A stretch of 64,000 bases of DNA from assembly GCA_964016885.1 (NCBI GenBank), contig OZ024742.1, positions 338,148,001 to 338,212,000 on the forward strand, written 5' to 3'. Below the pieces are notes generated by a model. That model was given only the letters and a program-made list of their open reading frames with translations, was not told the DNA's origin and searched no databases. The first letter of the stretch is position 1; each line of letters begins with the position of its first letter. The translations under genes were made by a program, and so were the position numbers. The DNA comes from Eledone cirrhosa (lineage: Eukaryota). Below are positions 22,862 through 36,508 of the stretch, one piece after another.

Positions 22862-23332
22862 ATACGAAAGGCCGGTTATATGATTGTGTTGAGGAGCGCG
22901 ATGCTGCATGGTAGTGAGACATGGGCAACAACTGCAGAGGATATGCGACGGCTGGAGAGAAATGAGGCAAGCATGCTCCGTTGGATGTGCAATGTCAATG
23001 TGCGTGAACAACCCAGCATGGATATGTTGAGAGAGAAACTGTGTCTGAGAGGGATAGAATGTAGTGTGCGAGAGAGGAGACTGCGGTGGTATGGACATGT
23101 GATGCGCATGGAGGATGACCGATGGGTGAAGAAGTGCCAGGAAATGCCAGTTGAAGGAAGACGTCGTAGAGGTAGACCACGAAAAACATAGGCAGAGGTG
23201 GGGAGAACAGACCTCAGATCGCTGAAGCTCACGGTGGAGATGACGAAGGACCATGACAAGTGGAGAGATGCTGTGCTGAATAAGACCCAACCGACCCTTG
23301 CAAGCAGAGAAAAGCGATGATGATGATGATAA
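22862..23332 (+). mobile_element. RTE LINE 3' fragment, specific to unit 1
   Basis: RSAMLHGSETWA..RRLRWYGHV with a (GAT)n tail, inserted in (TA)n. Empty sites at ~36475 and ~51728. Confidence 0.9.
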
Positions 23333-23610
23333 TACACACACACATATACATATATATATTTCTTTTTCCGTGTGGTCTACCTCTGGTGGTAGGGTCCGTA
23401 CTGTAGATAGAACTCAATCTAATCCAGTAAAATCCATCGGGAAGTTCTGTGTTTCACTGAGTTAATTCTTTAGATACAGTCAGATATTGGGTATTAAATT
23501 AACAATGAAAATAAAAACAAAAACAACAAAGTTATCAAGTAACTTGATTTGGTTCTTTTATTTTCATTGTTAATTAAATACCATATACATATATATATAT
23601 ATATATATAT

Positions 23611-23845
23611 GCGCAGTGTGACAAGAAGCTTGCTTCCCAACCACATGTTTCCGGGTTCAGTCCCTCTGCCCGGGCCGACCAAAGCCCTGTGAGTGGATTT
23701 GATAGACCGACACTAAAAGAAGCCTGTCGTATGTATGTCTGTGTGTGTCTTTGCATTTGTGTTTGCCCTCCCAACAATGCTTGTTTGTTAGTTGACGTCC
23801 CAATAACTTACCAAGGTGATGCTCCAGCATGGGCATAGTCCAGAG
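23611..23845 (+). mobile_element. Second tRNA-derived SINE family (octopus OK/OR-like), internally deleted
   Basis: AAGAAGCTTGCTTCCCAACCACATG..CCGGGTTCAGTCCC head and GCCGACCAAAGCC.TGTGAGTGGATTTG body. Paralogs at 36735-36965, and at 56180-56267 plus 59933-60075. Confidence 0.7.
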
Positions 23846-24509
23846 ACAGACAAAAAAAAAGTGTATATATAGATGTGTGTGTGTGTAGAAGAGGGGTCTC
23901 AAACTCAAGGACACAAAAGGGCCATTACGTCCTGTAGGAGAGGCACAGTGGGCCAAACGTGGTGGTGGGTGATGATTTTCACCAGTTATAATCATTTCTA
24001 CTATAGGCACAAGGCATGAAATTTTGGGTTTAGGGTCCTGTCGATTACATCGATCCCAGTTCACAACTGGTACTTAATTTATTGACCCCAAAAGGATGAA
24101 AGGCAAAATTGAGATTGGCGGAATTTGAACTCAGAATGTGAAAACGGAAGAAGTACCGTTAAGCATTTCGCCAGATGTGCTAACGATTCCAGCTCACCGG
24201 CTTATTTTCACCAGTTATAATGCAATCTGATATATTGGTTCTACCATGGGCCATAGAAAAGTAGTTCGCAGGCCACATGTTTGAGGCTCCTGTTGAAGAG
24301 ATGGATAGACGTGTATCAAACACACACACACATTTCCTACTCTGTCTGTCTCTCCCTCTTTCTCTGTTCATTTATATATATAGTGTTGTCATGTTGAAAA
24401 GAACAGTGGCCTTTGACCCATCAATAAAAACCGGAGACAAAATTCTCTCCTAAGCAAAAATAAGATGCAAACACACAAGTTTATGTCTGTGTGTGTGTAT
24501 CTATCTATC

Positions 24510-24563
<54 letters not shown>

Positions 24564-25626
24564 CAAATACAAATGTTTATATATATATATATATATATAA
24601 GGGATACAGATATTGTTTGTTCACTGTCACCAAGCATCTCAATTCATTCGTTGCAACTAAGTTTGTGATCGAGGTACTTTATTTTGCAAGGTACTATTTT
24701 TCCCTTGAGTTTGGGACTCCAGAGAAAAGTAATATTTTGTATCTTTGGTATTTTGAGTTTACGGTTTGAATTGTAGAATTGTCTATCTACTCATAATATT
24801 GCAACAGCTAACAGTGAGATATAGAATTTTAAAAAAAGAAGTTTTTTTGACTAAGATCAAGTCTTTGAGAACATTCACGTCTATCTTTCAAAAATTTGAA
24901 TTTTTTGCTTTTGTTTTGGACTGAGACGTTTTTGTATTTAATTTGTACGAGTACTTTTTAAAGATTCTATCATAACTTGATTTGGTCCAATAATCTACTG
25001 ATATCAAAATCAGTAGTATATTGAAAAATGGAAAAATAGGGCTGGAGGGCATTTCGTGATTTTGAGAGGCAAAAATGGGTGTTTGCCCATAATGGGTTGA
25101 GAACCTGTGATTTAGATCTACATAAATTCTTATTTCTACCTATACCTTCTTTCCTTTCTTCCATTCCCATTCATGTCTACTTATTTCTATCACTAATCTG
25201 TTTTCTTTCTTGATAAAAGTGATAGTTCATTATTTAATTTTAGTTTGTAGTTAAACATGTTACATAAAAGAACTTTTAGTTAATTTAAAGAAAATGAAAG
25301 ACCATTTTGTTGGTATCCCCAGGTCAGACTGTGTGTATATTTATTACATATGACATATTCCTATTTCTGACTTACTATGTGTATATATTTCCAATATCAG
25401 TCATACTGTATATATATCCTATTTCAATCATACTGTCATATATATTCCTATATCTGATTTATGTATGTATAACCACGACTGTAGTCAAGAAACTTTTCTC
25501 TAATGACTTATAATGTGTCAACAATGAAAATATCCCTAATATTTTCTCTCTTTATATATTTCAGATTATCTGAAACTGTTTCTTTACAACTGAAACATCT
25601 TCAGACTTTCACAAAGATAACAGTTG

Positions 25627-26340
25627 TAACCACACAGCCCCCTGTTTCTTCTAAAATATTTTATCATATATATATATATATATCATCATCATCATCATTT
25701 TACGTCCGCTCTTCCCTGCTCGCAAGGGTGGGACGGGTCTTATTCAGTACAGCATCTCTCCACTCGTCACGGTCCTCCACCATGAACTTCAACGATCTGA
25801 GGTCTGTTCTCACCACCTCCGCCCATGTTTTTCGTGGTCTACCCCGTCTTCCTTCAACTGGCATTTCCTGGCACTTCTTCACCCATCGGTCATCCTCCAT
25901 GCGCATCACATGTCCATACCACCTCAGTCTCCTCCCGTACACTACATTCTATCCCTCTCTCTATATATATATAGCCAAAATAGCATATAAAACATTGACA
26001 CAAACACACCAAACAATGCCACATCTTCAGCCACCCCTAATTGTTACATAAACTGGTTTTATTGCTAAGGGTGGTAATAGTTTCCTGTTGTGAATCAGTA
26101 GCTTATAAAGCTAAAGTTGCTAGTATATAAAGAATATAAGAAACAAATATACATAATACAGACGGGTGTCTTTTGATGTGTGTGCACCTACATCTCTCCT
26201 TTCTAATGATATATAATGTGTCAACATTGAAAATATCCCTAATATTTTATTCTTTCTTTATATATTTCAGATTATCTGAAACTGTCTCTTTACAACTGAA
26301 ACATATTCAGACTTTCACAGAGATAAGAGTTGAAGAAAAT
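25627..26340 (+). repeat. Ectopic copy of the ZNF-A upstream region (3164-~3890) inserted in the ZNF-B exon
   Basis: Near-identical to 3164-3890, including the RTE fragment and splice acceptor; absent from the ZNF-C unit. Confidence 0.9.
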
Positions 26341-26411
26341 ATAGTCTTGAAAATAGTTTGTGAAAAATTCAAGAAGAAAAGTAATTTTCTGTTTTGTAAA
26401 GAATATTTGAA

Positions 26412-28730
26412 ATGATGGAGAAAAAAGCATACCATTGTGTTACCTGTGGTCAATCTTTCCATTCTAATTCTTCTTTACGAAGCCATAAACATATTCACAA
26501 TGGTAGAAGACAATTCCGTTGTGATATCTGTGGTAACATATGCCCTAGTAATTCTTCTTTAACTATACACAAACGTAGTCACACTGGAGAAAAACCATAC
26601 CGTTGTGAAATCTGTGGTAAAGCTTTCTCTCAGAGAATTAATTTATTAATTCATTCTCGTAGTCACACAGGAGAAAAACCATACCACTGTGATATCTGTG
26701 GTAAAACATTTTCCGTTAAATATTACATAACTACACACAAACGTATTCATACAGGAGAGAAACCATACCATTGTGATATTTGTGGTAAAACATTTTCTAC
26801 AAAGTGTCAATTAAATGCACACAAGCGTACCCACACAGGAGAACGACCATTTGAATGCGATATTTGTGGTAAAACATTTTCTAAAAGAAACACTTTAACG
26901 TACCATAAACATATTCATACGGGAGAAAAACCATACAAATGTGATACATGTGGTAAGAGTTTTGCACTGAGTCAGTATTTATCTAATCACAAACTTATAC
27001 ATACAGGAGAGAAGCCATACCACTGTGATATTTGTGGTAAGACATTCCTTCGAAATAGACAGTTATCACTACACAAACGTATCCACACAGGCGAGAAGCC
27101 ATACAACTGTGATATCTGTGGTAAAGCTTTCAGAATTTCTGGTCTTTTAACTCAACACAAACGTACTCACACTGAAGAGAAACCATTTCATTGTGATATC
27201 TGTGGTAAATCATCCACTAATAGTTCTGAATTAGCCAAACACAAACTTGTTCATACTGGAGATAAACCATATCCTTGTGATATCTGTGGTAAAAACCTTT
27301 CTAGTAATAGTCATTTAACCGCACACAAACGTATTCACACAGGAGAGAAGCCATACCATTGTGATATCTGTGGTAAAAACTTTTCTAGCAATGGTAGTTT
27401 AACCGCACACAAACATATTCACACAGGTGAGAAGCCATACCATTGTGATATCTGTGGTAAAACATTCACTCACTCGAGTTCTGTTTCATCTCATAAACGT
27501 ATTCATACTGGACAAAGACGATATCCTTGCAATATCTGTGGTAAAATATTCACAGCTGGTAATTCTTTATCTAACCACCAAAATATTCACACAGGAGAGA
27601 AGCCACACCAATGTGATATCTGTGGTAAAGCATTTTCTCAAAATGGTAATTTATTGAGGCATAAACGTCTTCACACAGGAGAGAAACCACATCATTGTGA
27701 CTTCTGTAGTAAGACCTTCTCTTGTAGTAGTAACTTGAAAGAACACACTCGCACTCACACAGGAGAGAGGCCATACCAATGTAAAATTTGTGGTAAATCA
27801 TTCTCGAAATATAGTCATTTATGGAGCCATAAACGTATTCACACAGGAGAGAAACCATATCACTGTGATATCTGTGGTAAGTCATTCTCAACTATTGCTT
27901 CTTTAGCCAAACACAAAACTATTCATAGTGGAGATAAACCATACCCTTGTGATATCTGTGGTAAATATTATTCTACTAATATTATTTTAACTAGACACAA
28001 ACTTATTCACACAGGAGAGAAGCCATATCATTGTGTTATATGTGGTAAAACGTTCTGTGACCCGAGTTCTCTTTCATCTCATAAACATATTCATACTGGA
28101 CATACTAGAGAAAAACATCATTGTAATATCTGTGGTAAAACATTCACAGCTAGTCATACTTTATCTGAACACCAAACTATTCACACAGGAGAGAAGCCAC
28201 ACCAATGTGATATCTGTGGTAAAGCATTTTCTCGAAACAGTAGTTTGTGGACACATAAACGTCTTCACACAGGAAAGAAACCATATCATTGTGACTTCTG
28301 TCGTAAGACCTTTTCTCACAGTAGCACTTTGATACAACACATCCGTTCTCACACTGGAGAGAAACCATATCAGTGTCATATCTGTGGTAAATCATTCTCT
28401 CAAAGTAGTGATTTATTGACCCATAAACGTATTCACACAGGAGAGAAACCATATCACTGTGATATCTGTGGTAAGTCATTCTCGTATAGTTCTTCTTTAG
28501 CCAAACACAAACCTATTCATAATGGAGATAAACCAAACCCTTGTGATATCTGTGATAAAACATTCACTCACCTGAGTACTCTTTCATGTCATAAACGTAT
28601 TCATGCTGGACACACTAAAGGAAGACAATATCATTGTAATATCTGTGATAAATCATTCTCTCAAAATAGTCATTTATTAAACCATAAACGTATTCACAAA
28701 GGTAATAAACCTAAAAAGACACTGAACTGA
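26412..28730 (+). CDS. C2H2 zinc-finger protein (ZNF-B), 772 aa, 27 tandem fingers, no effector domain
   Basis: Intact ORF; fingers start at residue 9; candidate acceptors at 25563-25564 and 26269-26270. Confidence 0.95.
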   Translation: MMEKKAYHCVTCGQSFHSNSSLRSHKHIHNGRRQFRCDICGNICPSNSSLTIHKRSHTGEKPYRCEICGKAFSQRINLLIHSRSHTGEKPYHCDICGKTFSVKYYITTHKRIHTGEKPYHCDICGKTFSTKCQLNAHKRTHTGERPFECDICGKTFSKRNTLTYHKHIHTGEKPYKCDTCGKSFALSQYLSNHKLIHTGEKPYHCDICGKTFLRNRQLSLHKRIHTGEKPYNCDICGKAFRISGLLTQHKRTHTEEKPFHCDICGKSSTNSSELAKHKLVHTGDKPYPCDICGKNLSSNSHLTAHKRIHTGEKPYHCDICGKNFSSNGSLTAHKHIHTGEKPYHCDICGKTFTHSSSVSSHKRIHTGQRRYPCNICGKIFTAGNSLSNHQNIHTGEKPHQCDICGKAFSQNGNLLRHKRLHTGEKPHHCDFCSKTFSCSSNLKEHTRTHTGERPYQCKICGKSFSKYSHLWSHKRIHTGEKPYHCDICGKSFSTIASLAKHKTIHSGDKPYPCDICGKYYSTNIILTRHKLIHTGEKPYHCVICGKTFCDPSSLSSHKHIHTGHTREKHHCNICGKTFTASHTLSEHQTIHTGEKPHQCDICGKAFSRNSSLWTHKRLHTGKKPYHCDFCRKTFSHSSTLIQHIRSHTGEKPYQCHICGKSFSQSSDLLTHKRIHTGEKPYHCDICGKSFSYSSSLAKHKPIHNGDKPNPCDICDKTFTHLSTLSCHKRIHAGHTKGRQYHCNICDKSFSQNSHLLNHKRIHKGNKPKKTLN

Positions 28731-29109
28731 GAGGAATAAAGTCAACGCACTCCAACCTCTGTCACAGACATGTTTTCACTTCTCTCTGCTTTTTCTACCA
28801 CAACTCCAGTGGCCTCTGTTCCTCATAGGTGGCTACTTTTGTAACAACTCTACTGAAGTTCTAACGTACTTAAGTCACATGTCATTTCTAATATTGCCTG
28901 CCAACACTAACTACTTACATTGTATAATCATCATCATTTTCCATTGAATGTTCTATGCTGGCATGGGTTGGATGGGACTTTTTGAGGCAATGTTTTACAG
29001 CTACCAATCTTTCAGTCACTTCCTATGGCATGCGGGTATATGGACTACATATTCTAAACCGGATACACTAATTTTGTCACTGTTGTGTAATGTATTTTTA
29101 ATTATTTTG

Positions 29110-30092
29110 AATAAAAACCACCTGATCGCCTATAGATCCAGGGAGCATTCTAGTCAGATAGATTTTATCCTTACCAGAGGACGTGATAAATGAATGGTTG
29201 TAAACACGAAAGCCTTCCTCGGTGAGCAATGTGCCTCCCAACAGAATTTAGTAGTCAACGACCTCATTGTCAGAGCTAGACAAATTTGGAAACAGAAGAC
29301 AACATGGAGAAGAAAGGTCTGGAAGCTGAAAGAGCCATAACCACGTGTATTGTAAATGAAGAAATACTAGATGGTGTCGTACTGAATGATAGGTGCAGCA
29401 GCATCATTGTCAACTGCTACAAGTGTAAAGGAGACGTACTAGATAGAGGCATCAAGGTAATGAACCAGATCTTGAAAGTAATAGAGAGAGTTATTGCACA
29501 ACTGATTAGGGACCGGGTAAATCTAGACGAGATGCAATTCAGATTTGTACAGGCAAAAGCATCACAGATGCTCTCTGCTTTGTGAGACAGTTACAGGAAA
29601 AGTAACAAGCTAAAAGTAAGCCGCTCTACCTGGCATTTGTCGACCTGGAAAAAGTATTCGACAGAGTGACCTGTGCCGTATTCTGGTGGGCCCTTAGAAA
29701 ACTAGGAGTAGATGAGTTGCTTGTGAAGGCATTACAAGCCATGTGTAGGGGAGCAGTTAGCAAAGTTAGGATTAACACTGAGTTTAGTGGGGAATTTAGC
29801 GTACAGGGTGGCATCCATCAGAGCTCTGTTCTTAGCCCTTTCCTGTTTATCATACTACAGGCTGTAACAGGAGTTTAAGACAGGCAGCCCATGGGAACTT
29901 CTGTATGTGGATGATCTTACAGACATAGCAGAATCTATGGTGGAACTAGAGAAGAAATTCAAAACTTGGAAGCAGGGCCTAGAAAGAAGGGGTCTAAAAG
30001 TCTACCTGACAAAGACTAACGTCCTATGCTGGCTGAGAAGTAACAGTAGACAGCTTCTGCTACCTGGGTGACCAAATTAGCAGCGGAGGTGT
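29110..30092 (+). mobile_element. Decayed, internally deleted RTE LINE
   Basis: NHLIAYRSREHSSQIDFIL, SIIVNCYKCKGD, WWALRKLGVDE. The paralog at 42820-44030 is longer. Confidence 0.88.
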
Positions 30093-31619
30093 ATTCTCAC
30101 TCAGTGGAAATTATTCAAGTAAAATGTCCATTGATCGATTGTGATTGAATAGTGTGTTATTGGCTACCAAGATAATACAGATTATGGTTGGCTACCAATT
30201 TGAAATAAGATACAGAAATGTATTCATGTCAAGTAAAATCTCATGGGCAAATACATTTAATGGATGGCTTCTTGACGAAAAAGTCGTTATAGCTGATGAA
30301 TGGTAAATCATTAAATGGTGATGTTTGAATATCAATCAAGCCAAATTTGCAAACTACAATTTCTAAAACATAGCAAAAAATCCAAATATGGTCCATGTAG
30401 TGGATAGATGTATTCTTTTCAGGATGAATGATAAAAAGAATGATGCCAGAATTGTTTATTTTACAATAACAAAGTTCACTTATTGGTACATTGAATATCA
30501 AGTAATAAAATTGTGACATAAATTATCACTGCATTATTTTCTTACTTACTACTTCGAGCTAGCGTGTATGCATGTATCAATAAAACGATACAATAGAAGT
30601 GAAATGACAGGAAGCCGAAAGGATAGATAAATTGTAGTAGTGAAATATATAATTGTTTCTACTTTAGGCACAAGGCCAGCAATTACCCAGTGCATTACTG
30701 GTACTTTATTTTATCGACGAAACCTACTATGTGTGTGTGTTTGTTTATCCTTAGTTTACGTTGCTCCTGTAGTTGGTCAATCTGCTGAGCTGGTATGAAA
30801 TGTGAGAGCATGTAAGGCTAGGAGAGAGAAAGAGTAAAAGGTCTGTAGATAGTGAATGGCTACATTGTTAACCTCTCACAGACTGCTGCTTCGGGGTCTC
30901 TCTGGTGGACACTAAGTACAATAGGTGGTTTTAGAGGTGAGAACCCTCAGATTTAGTTTTGAATCTTCCCCAGGTAAAATATAGGAGTATTCCGTTACAG
31001 TCTAAATATACAGAAAAGTCAAATTGTACCAACTTTGGCAGCACTGCTTGACAGTCTCCAGTTGTAGCCGTAGGTCAATTCTAATCCAGTAGTTTTATAA
31101 CAAGCATAATCAGTTGAATGACTACATTTGTTGTTCCTCTTATACAGTGACTCTATTTAGTTGAGAACAATACTGCACACTCTGTGATGCAGCATAGCAG
31201 TCTGGGCATGTACTTTTATCACTGTCCAGTATATTTCCTCTGCAGTTAACTATTTATGTTGTACTCCCTATGAGACTAGAGAAGCTGTCTTACATGGCTG
31301 CGTTTGTAAGGCTGCGTCTTTAGTTTGCTGTCTTTTGTAAATAGATCATGGCAACATGAAGGAAAAAGACAGTTTCATTATTTGAATACTCTTATTGAAA
31401 TGTAGAATATAAAATTGAGAGAAAAATACTTCAATTACTGAAAATGAAACTTAAACTTCAGAATAATCAATAGAGTTAAAGTGTGTATGGGGTGAGGTGA
31501 AGGAAGATGTAGAGAAATAGTTGAAAGATTATATTAGAAGTAAATGATTCAATATGTCTTGCCATTAAGACTTGATAATTTGTCCAAGGTGGTTCAACTA
31601 GTCATGTTCCGAATAATCA

Positions 31620-32690
31620 ACTGAGCGATGCTGCAAATGTATGTTTGCAGTTTCCTCATGTGATTCTTTCGCCACCAAAGAGTACACAGCAGTCTGTATA
31701 AGTTGGAGGTTGGCATAAGAATGGGCAATCTCACCTACAATGTGTTGGCAATGGAGGTCATCCTAAAGGTAGCAATGTGTTGGTCAGGTACAACAGTGCT
31801 TGGAGAGGGATTTCGAATGGATCCTCTAAAAGCCTTCATGGACGACACGAGTCCTTGCCACAAAGGAAGATGAAACACATAGGGTATTGGAACAGTTGAC
31901 TAAGGTAGTTGAATCTTCCAGAATGAGGTTGAAACAAAAAAAATCCCTTACAATCAAAGAAATAATGAGAAGCACTCAGGCCAATAGGCAAGGACTGGCT
32001 GTATAAAAATGGAATGGTCATTAGGGGCCAGTGGACAGATGAGGAGAGGTCTAATTTTACAGGTGAAGAAAATAGTGAATTCCAGACGGCAGTACAGCAG
32101 AGCCAACAGGGTCTGGATGGTTTGTGGCATAAGTTATCTCTCAGAATCATTTCGAACATGAATTTAGAGAAGTGGGGCTAATCAGATAGACCCGAGTACA
32201 CACTCTGCCAGGGTAGACAGACAGTGGAACACATTCTGAGCTCATGCAGAGTAGTACTAGCGCAGGGTAGATGCATGTGGAGACACAATTAAGTAGTTAA
32301 GGAAATCGTACATGTCATAAGTACAACAAAAACAAAACCCATTGTACGAGAATCTCCAACATCATTCTATATGGCAGGGGGCAGCAAATCAAGGCTAGGA
32401 ACAGCTATGCCATACAGGGTACAAGAATCAAGTTTTCTGAATTGTACGTATGACTGGCTGGATGTGTACATCAGGCCTCCTAGGGTCAGCAAAGCAAACA
32501 GAAATCATCAGAAAGAATGGTTTGAGGCCGGATATCATATTCCATTTAAATTCATCGAAACAACTGATTTTGATTGAACTGACCATGTCATTTAAAAGTA
32601 GAATAGAAGAAGCACATATGTTCAAGACCGAAGGATACCCCAGTTTGGGCAACAGACTGAGAAATGCCGACTTCCGAGTCAGGATGAGGA
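31620..32690 (+). mobile_element. HERO-like (R2 group, RLE-encoding) non-LTR retrotransposon remnant
   Basis: Broken frames give LAMEVIL, PLKAFMDD (RT), LCQGRQTVEHILSSCRV.LAQGR..WRHN (CCHC knuckle) and LRPDII..SKQLILIELT..RIEEAH (RLE). Confidence 0.8.
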
Positions 32691-33269
32691 GGATCAAAAG
32701 CGGCCTCCATCCCGTTTGAGGGCACAGTGTTTGTATTTCACACAACATGTATTACCTCCTACTACTACTAACATACACTGTCTAGTACTACTACATGTAG
32801 ACTAAGGAAAATAACTGAGTGCGTATGTCTTGTAGTGGTGGCGGAGGCGGTGATACTGTTGACTCTCCGCCACCATGAATACGTTCAAGATCAAGAAAAC
32901 GTTTAAATATAAGTTTGAAATCAGCGGCAACGGAGAGGAGAACCAACTAAATCCTGTTATCAAAACCAAAATGCGGTTTAAATACACAGAAAGTCTTCGA
33001 TACCAGAATGGCTAAATGCCAACAGAAGGGCACTCAGGAGCCATGACTTGGATGCGGTCTGGACCTTCTAGAGCGTAAGAAGTTAAGGGCAGAAGCTCAT
33101 GCTCGTGGGGTCTGTGAAGACCTGCTCTCCTAAGAGTTTCTTACCACCACCCAGACCCTTCGCCCGACCCCCATTTACATAATGCTCTGCCTTACATCAT
33201 CACATGTCTGACTCGTTTCTGGGTACACCAAACTATCCTTTTCTCTCACTTCGTTATGCAATTACTCTT

Positions 33270-33597
33270 TTTCTCTCTCTCACTTTTCCACCCTTACATT
33301 TCATACACGATTCTCCTTTCTTATTACTTCACACTTTCTCTCTTTCTCTTTTTTCTCCCTCACCTTATTAACTGCGGAATTATATGTTTATTTACTTCCG
33401 CCCTCCATTACATTTCCTTAATTCTCAGTTAAAATATTTTGGTCTGAAATTTTACATCTTTTCACTTCTCACCTTTCTGATATAAAGTATCTTTATCTGA
33501 AATATATTATCTGTCCCACACGGAACATATGAGATTAACAATAGAGAAATATTTGAATTGAAAAACTATCGGAGGAACATACGAAGAAGAGGTTAGT
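33270..33597 (+). promoter_or_regulatory. Putative promoter and non-coding first exon of ZNF-C (paralogs 17330-18438 and 46640-46971)
   Basis: Non-TE block conserved in all three units: ETS-like ACTTCCG (33394), Inr-like TCAGTY (33425) and donor GAG|GTTAGT (33591/33592). The unit 3 copy has the canonical GAG|GTAAGT (46965/46966). No transcript evidence. Confidence 0.45.
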
Positions 33598-36476
33598 AAT
33601 TTTGAAAGAATTTATTTGTGAAATTTTATTAATAAACGTGAATTGTTGGTGATATTCTGTGTAACTTACAACATATAAATATATATGAATAAATAATCTA
33701 CAAACGATCAACGTGACAACATCTGTTTAATTAACAAAATTATATTTGTTCCACCTCGACTCTATTTTATCAACATTGGCCGCCAATTATGTTATCAAAT
33801 CAACTCCTTTCTCTTCCCAATTGTCTCCTACTGAAAACGGTGGGGATATCTTTATATAGATCTACCCTATATCATTCTAAAATAACAGGATGAACTGAAT
33901 AACAGTTCTTGTCACGGTAGCACCTTATTTAATGTATTAAGTGATGTCCACGGAGGAGCCCGGTTATTGTAGCAGCAATACTCCTGTTTTGTTGACTTGC
34001 CTGAAAAGTTATTAGAGGGAAAATTCCAGTCCCTTTTGTGCTGTGTGATTGAGTGCCCTAACCACCCGCCCCTTTATACATAAGAATTTGACAGGGTTCT
34101 GTTTATGCAAACAAAGGAAGCTGATTCCAGAGAACTGCAACTGGTGCATAGCCCCACACCCTGACACCGATCACCGCAGCTCCTTGCACTAGTCTTTTGG
34201 TACCACAATGATTTCATTGTCATACATCTTCTGTGTCCTCCATCACTGACAGTCCCGTGTAAGCCCTTCTGCATTCTCCAAATGAAGTCGAGCTTCTGGA
34301 GATCTTCCTTAATCACATCTAGCAATTTTGTGCAGGCCTCTTCCAACCCTCAGCTGCTGCATTAAACGAGAGTAAGGCACTTCTAGTATGATCTGGCAGA
34401 AGGTAGACTATACTAGAAGTGTGTACCAACACATGCAGCAGATGTCTCTGAGAGAAGGGGATTGCAAGCTGTATGCATGCAACTGTTGATCCTTTTTGTG
34501 AGGGGCTACGTTTCTGCTCCATAGTGAACAGACCGAAACATTGTAGATATGGAGCTTCGTCTTCCAGAATATAGAGCAGTGGTATCAAAGAGGCTTCTGT
34601 AGGGAATGCATAAACCCGATGGCTAGATCACATCTGCAGTTGATATGAATGGAGTCAGGTCTTCAATGTTGGTGATTGTGGAGTCCTGGTTAATGGAGAA
34701 GCTGATGAACTCCACAATGCTATAGAACCGTTGGAGCAGGGTGGTGTGCTGATGAGGCTGAGAATTTTCAAGAGGGATGCGTGGTCGACCATGTCGAAAA
34801 CTGCGTTGTATTCAGAGAAAGAAACATATAGGTCCTGATGTTTGCAGAATTCCCAACGTCTATTAATAATGAAACGGAGGATTGAAATGTGGGTGGTGGA
34901 AGATCAATTTGGCAGGAATCTGGCTTGTAGGTGACATCTGCTTCTAATGGCTGAGAAGGATCTTGGTGAAGAGCTTCCTCAGGTTAGGGAAGAGGGTGAT
35001 GCCCCTGTGGTTGTTACAGATGAGTTTGTCACCCTTCCGTTTCCAGAAAGGGAGGGTGGTGCCCCATTGTCCAGTCATTTGTGAGCTGCTCCGACACCTA
35101 TATATAGTTGATGATACATGTGACTCACTGGTTCATTATCTCCATCCAGGTTGTTGTTCCTTGCCTCTGTCACCAAGCACCTGTCTTCTTTCTCTGAGAA
35201 CTTCTCCCAGTTATCTGTGATGATCTTGTTGTATATCTGGTTGAGCCAGCAGTACTCATGTTGCTATGCAGGTGGGTATGTGATGTCAGTTGATTATCTC
35301 TAGCAGTGAAATCGCGGCCAGTTTCGGAAAAGGTGTTGAGTTTACCAGGGTGACACGCGCAGACGGGTTGATGCTTGATTGGAAGATCTTCCGGTTTGCA
35401 GTCTTGTCCTTGGCCAAGGTACTGAAGTGATAGGTGATAAAACACATCAATGTAGACATGAAGTACTTCAGTAGTGACTCAGTTTGTGAAAAGCTGTCCA
35501 ACTCTTGGTAGTAGAGAAATGGATGTTAGATCATTATACTAATAAATAGTTAGGAATTTATAGATACAGATCAATCAGGTACTGTTTATTTCTGTCTTAT
35601 GAATTTTATATCCTAAGTATGGCAATATAGGAATACTGATTATAATAATTCTCTTGATACATTAGGATTTAATAATGAGTAAAATAATTAAACAGAGTTT
35701 ATGTGGTGGGGTGGATGTTTATACTAGGCTAAAATAAGGATTGGTAAAAAGAATCACCTTAAGACACTCCCAAAACTAACAAACAAGTTCTGTACAACCA
35801 GATCTGATCTTTTTTTATTATATATAGAAGACACTGAAATCCAGTGGAATATTGTTTTGTGACTGTTGTTTAAGAAATTTGGCTATTTAGATGAAAGGTT
35901 CTCAACGATGGGGGCGCTGGAAGGCTCTTTCCTTTGGTAAACTTTATAAGCCATATTTGTACATTTCTGAGACAGCTGGTGTGAATGCATTTGAATGAAG
36001 AAAACAAAGAAAATAAATAAAAGAATCTTGTCAACGCATTCCCTAGGGAGATAAATAAAAGATAAACGAAAGAAATCAAAGAAAATGAAAATAAGGGAAA
36101 CGTCAACTATGACAACAGTTACAAGAAAAATTCAACAGAAATGACAAGAAAGAGAAGCAATGGTGATGAAGGGTGTGGGTGTATACTTATACGTGCATAC
36201 ATACGTATGAACATACACACACATGCATACATACACATATATACCCACATGGGCCAGCATTGTTGTTTGATGAGGTTGAAAAACTGTGGTAGTTAATATC
36301 CCTAAGTAATAAAATCTGGAGACAAAATTCTCTCCTTAACAAAAAAACATACAACATGTCAATATCCTTATAGACACATATACACACACTTAAATATAAA
36401 TGCATGCATATATATAAATGTATAGCTATATACATATGTAAATGTATGTATGTAGATTTATATATATATATATATT

Positions 36477-36508
<32 letters not shown>

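Larger units (their letters stand above)
16180..31420 (+). repeat. Segmental duplication unit 1 (carries ZNF-B)
   Basis: Collinear near-identical blocks: 16190~31430~44945, 17330~33270~46640, 21830~35470~50895, 23350~36510~51755, 28730~42445. Confidence 0.85.

Noticed and set aside
26412-28730. Identification as PRDM9 or a named vertebrate ZNF
   Set aside because: No SET, KRAB or SSXRD domain is visible and fingers are heterogeneous; any symbol would be unsupported.
29110-29200. Old RTE remnants begin at almost the same codon (NHLI.YRS) as the young RTE at 54774
   Set aside because: Only two independent events, and the young copy's end looks like a later deletion junction; coincidence cannot be excluded.
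30285-30330. GCTGATGAATGG..TCATTAAA as a hammerhead (also ~44230)
   Set aside because: Lacks GAAAC, a cleavage triplet and a stem I partner.
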